The position numbers and the translations under genes are program-made. Shown piece after piece: positions 40,401 through 52,146 of a DNA stretch of 64,000 nucleotides. The notes beneath the pieces are model-generated. The model was not told where the DNA came from and ran no database searches. It saw only the letters and a list, made by a program, of their open reading frames with translations. Source of the DNA: Lingula anatina (Eukaryota; Animalia; Brachiopoda); NCBI GenBank assembly GCA_051362555.1, contig CM120640.1, positions 67,992,788 through 68,056,787 of the forward strand, read 5' to 3'. Each line of letters opens with the position of its first letter. Position 1 is the stretch's first letter.

Positions 40401-43400
40401 GAAATTACTGTATTTATTTTGAAAGCGAAGAGTTTCAAAGTTAGGACCTATAGAAATGAAGAAAGACTTCCAAGTGTACTGCATTAATATGCTTATAATT
40501 ATCGCAGCTTTTAGCACTTTCATGTTAGACGCAACTCGATATCGATTCAATCTGGGAAGCCCGAACGCGTACTCCTGTCAGTGAAACCAAGGATAACTAT
40601 TAGGACTCTCGATTTATGACTTCTTCTTGAAATCTTGGTGCAAACCAACAAAATGTTTGCTGGCACCAAGGGCACAGGTGAGAAAGTCAACACTTAACAC
40701 AGGTATATTCAAGGCTTGCAGCCGTTCGGGCTATCACACCGTATTTAGCTCATTTTCCTATCCACTCAATAAATAAAGGGGCGAGAAAGAATTTCTTTAT
40801 TTGCCATCCGTGATGATGATAATGCTATCAATATCGTTTCAGGAGACCTGAAAGTAATCTAACTTTTAGCTGAGATTGGTCGTGTTGACAGTCTGGGTAC
40901 TGGGGTGGACTGACACATTAGACCGTTTAAATCTATACATTGATAGGCATACGAGTCCTGACGATTTCAAAACGTTGAATGAACAACTTAAATTGGTTTT
41001 CGATGATTCAGGTTGAACTATTTTATTAATTGATGTGATGCAACTTTCAATTACGGTCAGGTATTGGACCAGTTACAGTTTGGTACTTTTCACACGTGCA
41101 TGCATTTATGATGCGTAAGATGCCCCTCAACCCTGTTAATGTACATGTACGTGTAACAGACCCTAATATATTTTGTATAAACGGTATGAGGATAACATTA
41201 AATTGACAACAACTTCCAAGATTAGTGGTTCAACTTCATCATTAAGTATAATAACAGAGAAGGCAACATAAATGCAGCTTATCAATGATATCAGAAAAAT
41301 AGTCCTGTTCTGAAAAGCTAACTGAGGGCTCTGTTGTTAGTTACGTATGGGGTCTGTGTGAGGACAACACGTGCGACTGCCCTGACAAAACAACCCAGAC
41401 TGCAAATAGAAAGCATGCATACGTTGATGTCTACATTTTCCACGTGATAAAATAACTCGGGAGATTACCTAAACGGATAATACCTCAAAATGCTGTTGGT
41501 ACCAGCTATAACAATAAGGGGGTGTCAAAACATCGTTTATACTGTATATCAAAGGCAAAAGGATACTAAAAAAAGATGATTAGGAATTATTTCTTATCTG
41601 TCCATTTTAAATTAAATGTTACCAGTAGTCATTTAGCACAACATTTATTTTTTTTAATGTCATGATCATGCTTGGTTTTCATGGTACTATTGCGATTGTT
41701 TTTTATTTTGCATAAAATATGATAGATCTATTTACTTTACAACCAGTATGAAGCATATAGCATCATTATTGTGTTTTTCAGTCATTTGCCAAGACAATGG
41801 CGATTACTACAAATATGGGACGGTCTTAAAAAGAAACTGCAACACCTGGTGAGTATACCATTTACATGATAAAATTTTGATATATGATGTGCATAATTTT
41901 CAATACATTTCAAATTATCCCTTGCTTTGTTAGGACATCACTGCTTTAAAAAGCTATTTGTATTTTTTGTAATTTTCTTTCTGAGCGCTTAATTAGTCCG
42001 ATTACGCTTAATGAAACACATTCTAACTTTCTTTTTTTGACATATTGGATATTATATGATTAGATGTTGAACGCCAGAACAAATTTCCTTTCCGCTTGCA
42101 GCACCTGTGTCTCGGATCCCATGGGCAGTTCAAAATATGGATCCTGGTCTTGTACAAACTTTGCCTGCGTTCTGCGACCGGAACACATCAACACAGTGAA
42201 CACTCAAAACTATGGGTTAGTTGCCAAATTTCAAATAAATTGAGACAACAAATCTCTGAAAAAAAAATTTTTTTTTTGCCTTTTTAGCAGTAATATTCTT
42301 TTTGGTTTATAAAAAATTCAGATGCCAAAGCCATTGTTTATACGTAGAACAAATCGATTTCACTACTACGTCACGGCCTGTTGAATGTTTTACTCAATAT
42401 TTTTGATCACCATGTAGCTGGCAGTCATCAAACTATACATTCCTGTGGGGGATGAAGCTGAAGGACGGCAAGAAGTACCGACTGGGGACCATGGAACCCG
42501 GTCCTTCAGTGGCACGCATGACGTCACTCAGGGTCCACGTGAACGAGATCCTTCCGGATTTCTTTGACGCCAGGTCAAGATGGCCCGGAATGATCCATCC
42601 GGTGCAGGATCAGGGCAATTGCGGAGCTTCATGGGCTTTCTCTACCACAGGTGATTGTGAAAATGTGCATTGCATTGTATGTTCTTGTGCTTTAAAGTCT
42701 TTTAAATTTAAAACACTTTGTGAAATTTACACAAATGTGTTGGTTGAGTGTTTTGCTTTGTTAAAGTGAATGTTGAAATAAGGAATGCTTTTTCATTTAT
42801 CCTTTGCAATAACAGGTTTAATTTCCAGTACACAATAACGATTTTGCATTCAGAATTAAAAATAGTTTAGCTTTTGGGAATAAAGTTTTACTTTTTTTCA
42901 ATTAAAGTTATCGTTTTGGCTTTGGCAAAGGAGTCTGGTCTCTGCAGATTAAAAAAGTATAGACCTACATTTAAATGGACTTTAAAATTGAATGACATGT
43001 TTACAAAGAGTTTTACTTCAAATTGATAGTAACAGCACGTTTTATCAAGTGTTTTATCAGTCTACGAACTTGTTTAACTCGGTGTGATGTGTGTGTTAAA
43101 GTAGTAACATACTATCCATTGCATTACATGACATGCATGCATAGCGTGAGCCCATCAGTACCTTACCAGTGCCCAGAGTATCTCATTTCTTGTTTGAGTT
43201 GCACGGGCATACAATAAAACCAAATGTCTCGAAAACAGTTCTGGGGGAAGATGATGTTTCGCGAATTCTAGACGATGTGTATTTTCACTAATGGCAGCGA
43301 AATTTGATAAATACTAATGTTTCAATTACGTTTCTTCAAATGACAGTATTTGGCGTTAGAAGTACATATCTGCAGTAGATAACATTTCCATTTAGTTAGC

Positions 43401-45973
43401 AATGCGCTGTCATAGGTAATGGACAGGTTGCATCACCCCAGTTTGTTCGGCTAGTGTTATATAGTTACCGGAATGCGGCACAGGCTCTCCTGCTCTCGCC
43501 AGTGTCATCAGATGCCTTGTGTCAACTTTGAAGTCAAATCAGCGAGCACGATCAGATTAAACTGTTTGATAATGCTAAAGAGGTGATGACAAAATGTCAA
43601 TCCAAGTGCTATATAATGACAATGTTCAAGGCATATACCACACAATCTATGCATGCTGTGCGTTGTAGTGTCTAACCTGAAGATGGTGTTTCTATAATTA
43701 CTGCAGAGGTATATTTCAAAAACAAACATACCTGAGCGTGGTCTGAGATTTGTGTGCACTGCATGATTGCCCAGCAAGAGCAGATGTGCAGTGATTTGCC
43801 ATAGATAATTTTAACATATTTAGGCCCGTGCGCACATGAATGTAAGAGAATGCAAACTACGCCGATCAATGAGAATTAAATTTCCTTTTTTGTCAAAAAA
43901 TTTTCCAAGCAAAATTGTTAAGTTTTTTCTAAACTGGTAAAAAGTAACGTTGTATTCGTTCAATTTCCAGGCGTTGCATCCGATCGTCTGACCATCCATT
44001 CTCATGGCGGTATAAACGACATGCTGTCTCCTCAGCAGTTGCTTTCTTGCAACTCCAAGAACCAGTTTGGCTGTGAAGGAGGGCACCTGGACAGGGCGTG
44101 GTGGTATATGAGGAAAACTGGGTAACTCACTTATTTGGTTTTATATTAAAGAATAGAAACACAGAGTAAACTTATCCGATTTAGCAATATGTACCCTTGA
44201 CTCGAATGCAATTTTAAAACCCTTGTGGTCCCGTCAACGTATATCATATGTTGGTACTTAGACCCGTAGCCAGCTCTTTCAAAGAGGATCTTTTTTCTGA
44301 AAAAAAGGGGATCTTTTTATTTGCTTAGTTGACCCAACTTCCACAGACAATAGATCAAATTTTGAATCAAGCGTACTTTTTCTAGCCAAATGCACAGTGT
44401 TATGAATATCCTACCGATGGGCCTTTACTGTATGTTGAATTTCGAATATAGAAAATTATTGCGTTAACTGCGTTCACTCCCTCACTCCCGCGTTAAACTG
44501 TTGATAATTTTACAGAGTGGTGGAGGAAAACTGTTATCCCTATTCGAGTGGTCAGTCAAAAATCAAAGGGAACTGTATGGTCCGCCGGTCAGCCATGCAC
44601 ACCAGGAATATCCGGTGTCCAGGCAATGGACGGATGACAAAAAGTGTTTATGCCTCAACACCACCGTACAGGATAGCGCCCAGCGTAAGTTCAACCGAAA
44701 ATTTCCGTGATAAATTTTGTTTTCGGATAACAATTAAAGCTTATGTATATCAGATTTGATAGAGGTGCATAAAAGTATGTTTGCACTTAAGTTTTGTATA
44801 AAATATTGAAAATCTGTAGTATCAAAACCTTTTTTAAAGAGAAAGTCATTATTTGTCGTTTTTCTGTTTTTTATTTGCCTAATGTTATTTTACATTTCAA
44901 TAGGAGAGAGAAATAATGAAAGAAATCTTAGACAACGGCCCTGTTCAAGGTAACCTCTATTTTCTGAAAAGAGCACACACCGCATGATAACTGAAAGCAA
45001 CGCACTTTGAACATATTTTGCTATAGGGTTAGAAGATTTTACATTTTATATTCAATTCAGCGTGTTAAAGATTCATTCTCACGGCCCGTATTTCTCGTCA
45101 TTTCATTCCAGCAACCTTTGAGGTGAAAGAAGACTTCTATATGTACAAAGATGGTGTGTACAGATATACCAATCTCGCCCGTAATGATCCGCCTGAATTC
45201 CGAGATACTGGCTATCATTCTGTGAAAATTATAGGGTAAGACGAAAAATATTTTGTTGGTTTACGACACCGAGTTTTAACTGTGTGTTATTTGTTATTTC
45301 AATTGTGCCTGAGAATGTACAACAATATTGACAGAAAACATCCAATACACATTTATATCATACATATACAGCACTACGGGTTCAAGACTTTTGGGTAGAA
45401 TTAATATTTTTACCTGCAATTAATCTAAATATGATTTTGGCTATATAGCTTACGAAGATATTCTCTCGTAGCTGACCCGGGAATCAGCGTTTGTTGCATA
45501 CAGTATAAGTATCTATGATTTTAAAATTATATTGAAATCAAGCCTTTTTTGTACTTCAGGTGGGGCCTAGACCTATCGAAGGCAGGAGAGCCAGTCAAAT
45601 ATTGGGTTAGGACAGGACATGTTTTTTATTTAAAGTATTGGAACAGTAAACGATAATCTGCGCGTATTTTACACTAAATTCGCTAAAATCTGCAGCGTAA
45701 TCGCTATTCTTCGGTAAAACAATTTTAATCTATTTTAAATTTTATTTCTATAAATTTCAGTTGTGTGCAAATTCTTGGGGTCCTGAATGGGGAGATGATG
45801 GTTACTTTAAGATACTCCGTGGAACAAACGAATGCAAGATCGAGTCGTTTGTAGTTGGCGTCTGGGGTAAGGTCAACGGGAAACAAGTGCTTAAGAACCG
45901 AAGAACGAAACGCCGGCTTAGACATTTGAGACATATCAGGAAGAGATACAGACTCCTTAGACACTTAATATAA
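35814..45973 (+). CDS. TINAGL1: Tubulointerstitial nephritis antigen-like protein (SMB domain + inactive cathepsin-B-like C1A domain; Swim-like), 495 aa
   Basis: Exons 35814-36138, 41782-41848, 42102-42215, 42418-42650, 43971-44121, 44516-44684, 44904-44949, 45112-45235, 45560-45605 and 45761-45973. Features are a signal-peptide-like stretch, the SMB motif [50 protein letters not shown] (catalytic Cys replaced by Ser), GCEGG, HSVKIIGWG and ANSWG. Confidence 0.95.
36143..36371. mobile_element. Tourist-like MITE inserted in the 5' splice site of TINAGL1 intron 1
   Basis: TIR gggggcatccatttttatcatcgttttcacaagt / acttgtgaaaatgatgataaaatggatgagtcc. Flanks are TAA and TAT (degenerate TSD). Confidence 0.75.
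37421..37453. repeat. (GA)n microsatellite
   Basis: Directly visible. Confidence 0.95.
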
Positions 45974-46535
45974 GCGTGCCAATAGAGTTCTTAAAACATC
46001 GTAAAGTACATACACTCATCATTATTTTATGTAAATAAAACGCCAAGCTATACATTGCCAAACAGATTAATTCCTGTGTAGTATACGAAATCACAGGAGA
46101 GAGTGTCTACCCCCCCTGAGGGGCAGTCTTGAGAATCTGATACACAATCTATAAAGAAAAATAGTGTTGACTTTTGGGTAACATTTATTTGGGACAAGTG
46201 TTTTAACTTGTTTTCTGAAGGAACACTCAGCCCTTTGCAAACTTGCGCGTTTGGGAGTAGTATATTGCCTGAGCGCGTGTAGGAGCTGAGTTTTGATGTC
46301 CGAGTTCCCGTGTTAACGCAGAAAGGGATCGAGGACTTGACCCGACTGACGCGCTTTTAAAAGGGTGCCCTCCCCTCTTCCCCAGTTTGTAGTTCAAACG
46401 CGAAAACTGATGTAAACGCTGGTGTGATGAAGTTAAGAGGATAAAATTTCAGTAGTTGTTAGTTGTTGTGTGCCAAACTTTTCCAAGACTGCCCCTCCCC
46501 CTGCCCCTCACCCGGGATATGTTCATGAATTGCGT

Positions 46536-49474
46536 TATTGTACCACCAGCGTTAGCGCTGGCGGTACACATGGTTTTAGTCCCGTCCGGTCCGTTCCGCC
46601 GGCTCCTGCGGCTCCGCCGGCTCCGCCGGCTCCGCCGCCATGTTACCGTTACCGCTTCTCCTCCTAGACGGTAAGGGCCCCCATACCCATCTCTTGGATT
46701 TAGGTCACCTATAATCTCAACTCGTTCCACGTAAAATTTGGGCTTTGTCCGTATTGGGGTCTAGGTGTGGCACTCATTGCAATGCACCCTTGTCCAAAAA
46801 TGGCAAAATTAAATGCTAATTATCTACCCTATGGAAGGGGTTATGGGAAAAATTTCTACAGACGGCTTTCCAAAAGTCATATGTGTAGATTTCAAATATG
46901 CCCTTGGATTTGACCTTTGACCTTTACTTCAAGGTCAAACGGGCCAAAATTTTCAAAAAAATAAAATTTTTTACAAAAAAATTTTTTTTTGCCCTGTTAT
47001 TCAGACACCACACAGACATAACCAATAATATTATTGGAAAATGTTACCCTTCAGGTCATCTTTCATCTGTGTGAATTTGGGGTCAATCGGTCCATTTTCA
47101 CGGGTGCAGCGGCCATAAGATACCGAAACTGAAAACTGTCTCTAATTCGGGAACCGTTAATGCTAGAGACCCATTCTTTTTTGCATTTTGTAGAGCATGT
47201 AAAGCCCAACACTTAAGGTGGTCTCCGTTTTTTTGTATTCCATACGGTTTTCGAGTTACGCTGTATCAAAAAGTACATATTGGTGGTGAAAGCAAAATGT
47301 GCAGTACGGTAATGGATAATAAATTTTGAACTCTGGAAAAATAAAACCTAAGGCTTGGCAAAGCAGACAACTTGTGGTCAAAAATGACATTATTTCATCA
47401 AATTTGAACATCTGGAACTTCAGAGCACCTCCCATTTCAAGAATTTTGACCAAAATGACATTTTCTTTATTTTAATTAATTTTTTCTGTAGGAAATTTAT
47501 GGCACAATAAGGTAACTCCGAAATTATAACATTTAGTCCCTTATATCTCCAAAACTGGCAGAGATAGGTCCATAGTTACTATTGAAGTTGAATAGAGAGT
47601 CATATACTGGCAATCTTACTGTGACCTTGAAATTGACCTTTGACCTACTTTTCACCATAAATTGAACTTTGCAAATTTTGCTTCCCTTTTATCTCCAAAA
47701 CTGGCAGAGATAGGTCCATAGTTACTATTGAAGTTGAATAGGAAGTCATATACTGGCAATCTAAATGTGACCTTAAAATTGACTTTTGACCTACTTTTCA
47801 CCATGAACTGAACTTTGCAAATTTTGCCTCCCTTTTATCTCCAAAACTGGCAGAGATAGGTCCATAGTTTCTATTGAACTTGAATATGAAGTCATATACT
47901 GGCAATCTAAATGTGACCTTGAAATTGACCTTTGACCTACTTTTCACCATGAACTGAACTTTGGAAATTTTGCTTCCCTTTTATCTCGAAAACTAGCAGA
48001 GATAGGTCCATAGTTACTATTGAAGTTGAATAGGAAGTCATATACTGGCAGTCTAAATGTGACCTTAAAATTGACCTTTGACCTACTTTTCACCATGAAC
48101 TGAACTTTGGAAATTTTGGTTCCCTTTTATCTCCAAAACTGGCAGAGATAGGTCCATAGTTACTATTGAACTTGAATAGGAAGTCATATACTGGCAATCT
48201 TACTGTGACCTTGAAATTGACCTTTGACCTACTTTTCATCATGAACTGAACTTTGCAAATTTTGCTTCCCTTTTATCTCCAAAGTTACGCTGTATCAAAA
48301 AGTACATTTTGGTGGTTAAAGCAAAATGTGCAGTACGGTAATGGATAATAAATTTTGAACTCCGGAAAAATAAAACATAAGGCTTGGCAAAGCAGGCAAC
48401 TTGTGGTCGAAAATGACATTATTTCATCAAATTTGAACATCTGGAACTTCAGAGCACCTCCCATTTCAAGAATTTTGACCAAAATGACCTTTTCTTTATT
48501 TTAATTAATTTTTTCCGTAGGACATTTTTGGCACATTATGGTAACTCCAAAATTATAACATTTAGTCCCTTATATCTCCAAAACTGGCAGAGATAAGTCC
48601 ATAGTTACTATTGAAGTTGAATAGGAAGTCATGTACTGGCAATCTTACTGTGACCTTGAAATTGACCTTTGACCTACTTTTCACCATGAACTGAACTTTG
48701 CAAATTTTGCCTCCCTTTTATCTCCAAAACTGGCAGAGATAGGTCCATACTTTCTATTGAACTTGAATATGAAGTCATATACTGGCAATCTTAATGTGAC
48801 CTTAAAATTGACCTTTGACCTACTTTTCACCATGAACTGAACTTTGCAAATTTTGGTTCCCTTTTATCTCCAAAACTGGCAGAGATAGGTCCATAGTTAC
48901 TTTTGAACTTGAATAGGAAGTCATATACTGGCAATCTAAATGTGACCTTGAAATTGACCTTTGACCTACTTTTTATCATGAATTGAACTTTGCAAATTTT
49001 GGTTCCCTTTTATTTCCAAAACTAGCTAGATAGGTCCATAGTTACTATTGAACTTGATAAGAAGTCATATACTGGCAATCTAAATGTGACCTTGAAATTG
49101 ACCTTTGACCTACTTATAATCATGAACTGAACTCTGCTAATTTCTTTCTCTTTTAACTCCAAACCTGGCAGAGATAGGTCCATAGTTACTATTGAACTTG
49201 AATAGGAAGTCATATACTGGCAATTTACTGTGACCTTGAAATTGACCTTTGACCTACCTTACGATGAACTTAACTTTGATTGTACCATTTTAAGTTATAT
49301 ATATTTTTTGCGTATTTTGAAAATTCTTGTTGATTGCATTTTTATAGCTTGTCAAGCATAAGACTGGTGACTGTGTCCCTTATTTTGTGTATGTGGGGGT
49401 CTATACGAATGCGCTTGCTCCAGCTGGTGGTACAATATTCGGAGGTGGTATCGCCTCTCTGATCCTCTAGTTTT
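46536..49474 (+). mobile_element. Non-autonomous Helentron/Helitron-type (HINE/DINE-1-like) element carrying a satellite array
   Basis: 15-bp subterminal inverted repeats TATTGTACCACCAGC (46536-46550) and GCTGGTGGTACAATA (49423-49437). 5' hairpin tgtaccaccagcg-ttag-cgctggcggtaca. GC-rich microsatellite at 46582-46638, internal tandem repeats, a 3' imperfect stem-loop at 49442-49457 and a CTAG-TTTT end. Confidence 0.8.
47254..49280. repeat. 146-bp satellite, ~10 monomers arranged as a 2x ~1029-bp higher-order repeat
   Basis: Monomer anchors at 47546, 47692, 47838, 47984, 48130, (48276) and 48575, 48721, 48867, 49013, ~49156. A ~299-bp spacer is duplicated at ~47254 and ~48283. Confidence 0.93.
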
Positions 49475-50328
49475 ACAACCACTGGCCAAGAACTGTTCAA
49501 TATAACGGAAAAATTTGATGAGTATAAGTACATTTGCTTAGTTACTTCACAAATTTTAATTGAAATTTATTCTAAGCAAGGGTACAGACTACGCAAATTT
49601 AAATTGATCTATAGGTCACAAATGATTATGAAATATGCAAGTTCAAATTTATAAAGATTGAAAACAGCTCTGCTGTAATTATTTTCACAATTAGCCTTAG
49701 GGAGGTAACAATAACCATTTTACGTCTGGGATAAACATCAAACTACACTAATTGTTATACGTGAAATCTGAATTACGCATAGGTGTTTGTATGCGGAGTG
49801 TTGAATGGATGAATAAATTAGGCGAAATGTCCATTTTGCATTGATGGAAAAGTGTCCAAAATGCTATCAAAATCTGTTTTCATTGTCGTGAAAATGATAT
49901 GACGTACCCCTGTACCTTTAAGATATTTTTTATATTTTTCAGGCAAAGTAAGCCCCACGTTAATTCTTTCAACTGAAACCCTCTTATTGTGTTCAGTGCA
50001 ACAAACGCCCTTATTGTGTTCAGTTCCATTAATTCAAAAAATATTCTAATCAAGCATAGGTTCAACAGAAAGTCCAATATTGTAACCATAATATAATAAT
50101 CAACTTCATTATTTCAACGGTAGAATAGTTCCATAGAGATTATTTAAGGAAATCCATGGCATAATCATCCATTACATCATAGTATTTACTGAATTTTCAA
50201 ATTTCAAAAAAATTCCCAGTAGAGTAATAATTCACATGTGGGATTAGGTCTTTGATAATGGCATTGTAATATTGTAAATAGTAATAAATTTTATTGACCA
50301 CTAAACAGTACACAGGTACATATTATAT

Positions 50329-50389
50329 GTAGGTTGGAGAGACTGTACACATGTATATGATATACATGTGTACAGTCTCTCTAACCTAC
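50329..50389. repeat. Near-perfect 61-nt palindrome/hairpin
   Basis: 29-bp arms gtaggttggagagactgtacacatgtata / tatacatgtgtacagtctctctaacctac, with one G-T mismatch and a 3-nt spacer. Confidence 0.9.
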
Positions 50390-52146
50390 CGTACATGTCA
50401 TGCAATATAAATGTTTGTGAGAGGAAAAGGATTAAGCTCTGATCAAATATTTAATATAAGTATTAAATAAAATAGATAAAACTGTTGTTAATGTATTATT
50501 TAATAAATCACTAATAAGAGACAAATACAATTATTATCATTATACTCATAGAAAAGTTGCTACTCTTTGTCTGTGTATGTATGAAATCTCAGGTTGGCAT
50601 GTATACTTTATTCTATACATTATTGTTCCCAGAATTGTTACTGCCTTAATTGTGCATACACAAATAAACACATTGTTATTCCTGTACATTGCTGTATGAT
50701 GCTAACTGTTCAATGTAGAAATGAATAAAGTATGTATGATATCAGACGGATTTTGTTCTTGCATGGCTGCCCACCTTACATAGGTTACAATATTTATATC
50801 AACTGTTTATTTCATTATTTACTGTGGAATAATGCACAAATACAGAAGGAATGCATCTATGACACCAATCCAGTTTTAAAAAGTATAACTGACAACACTA
50901 GTTCTGCCATTGGTTTTTCTGGCTCAAGGTGGTCCCATACCAGGCCATTAAAGAGACATGTAATATGCCCTCAAGGTCTCACATTCAACATTGGGCTCAG
51001 TTGTATGACAGGTAAAATACCCTCTTCATGACCTATTATCCACTTTTTTAAGGTGTTGAGCTTTTTTGGCCTTTGAAAAGTTTTATGGTGGCTTGATGGT
51101 GTAAGGACAAAGAAGTTGAGCAAAGTTTTTTTTCTTCCATGTTTTGAGTAGGTGGAAATTGAAAAATTGAAGAAACCAACTCCTTCAGGTCAGAATTGTG
51201 ATTTATCAATAAATCTAAAAGAAATTCAGCTCAGTGAATTATCAAAAACCTGACACATCATCACAGAGAAAACTTTTTTTGACATTTTTTGTGCTAGAAT
51301 TAAATAAAGTCACACAATGAATTAAAAATCAACAATATTGCATTTTTTGAAGTTGTTGTAATCTTAACATCATGTAACAACACAATCTTTCTGGAATATT
51401 CCTTTTCATGGATTTCATGAATATTTTCTATAAAGCCGATCACAGAAATAAAGATGCCTAGAAATACAACAATTACCCTTTAAAACTTTTGTTATTAAGG
51501 TTTTTAACAAAACAAAACAAAACAGCAACAAAAAAGTAAAAGACCTGAAATATTTGTAAAACAGCTTTATCACTTGATTTCTTTACATTATTTTTGGCAC
51601 CCTTAATTCAATACAATATCTGGGCTTTAGACTGATAAAAACGATTGCGGAGGAGGGGGTTTCATATGTAGATGTATAAGTCTCTGATGCTCACCTAGAT
51701 GCTGATTGAAGAGAAAATAAGAGACTTCTAACTGAATGAGAGAAAGGAAAATCTAACACTATTGCAAAGATAAAAAGATTTTCTTCAAATATCTCCCCCA
51801 AACCTAATATTTTATAAAGAAGAAAAGATTTTTTTCAAAACCCTCCCCCCCTCTCCAGCCCTGAGCATAGTGACTAGAGTTGAACAGTACCGGTAAATGG
51901 GACAGCCCTGCACCTGGTTACTCTAAAACAGATATTAACCTTAATAATACCTTGATTATTTAACATTACAACTATCAATTCCTCCATAACATTTACCAAA
52001 TATAAAGGTTAAACCTTAAATAGAGAGTAAGTATTTGCTAAATATCATAAAACATTATCAAAAAAAAAAAAAAGAGAAACTAGAATATAATACTGTTTTC
52101 ACCACTCAGAAGACTTTGCAAAACACAATGCACCAGTCTGATCTCT

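Noticed and set aside
42610-42645. TINAGL1 as an active cathepsin B
   Set aside because: The catalytic Cys position is Ser (CGASWAF), as is normal for the TINAG family. It is neither an active protease nor a novelty.
46449-46730. Arg/Pro-rich ORFs on both strands
   Set aside because: They are produced by the GC-rich 9-bp microsatellite of the Helentron-like element.
47256-48482. Two near-identical 65-aa ORFs (47256-47453 and 48285-48482)
   Set aside because: They are a by-product of the duplicated 299-bp spacer in the satellite HOR, with no transposase or helicase motifs.
47546-49280. Regularly spaced repeats considered as a CRISPR array
   Set aside because: Whole 146-bp units repeat with no unique spacers, there are no cas genes, and the context is eukaryotic.
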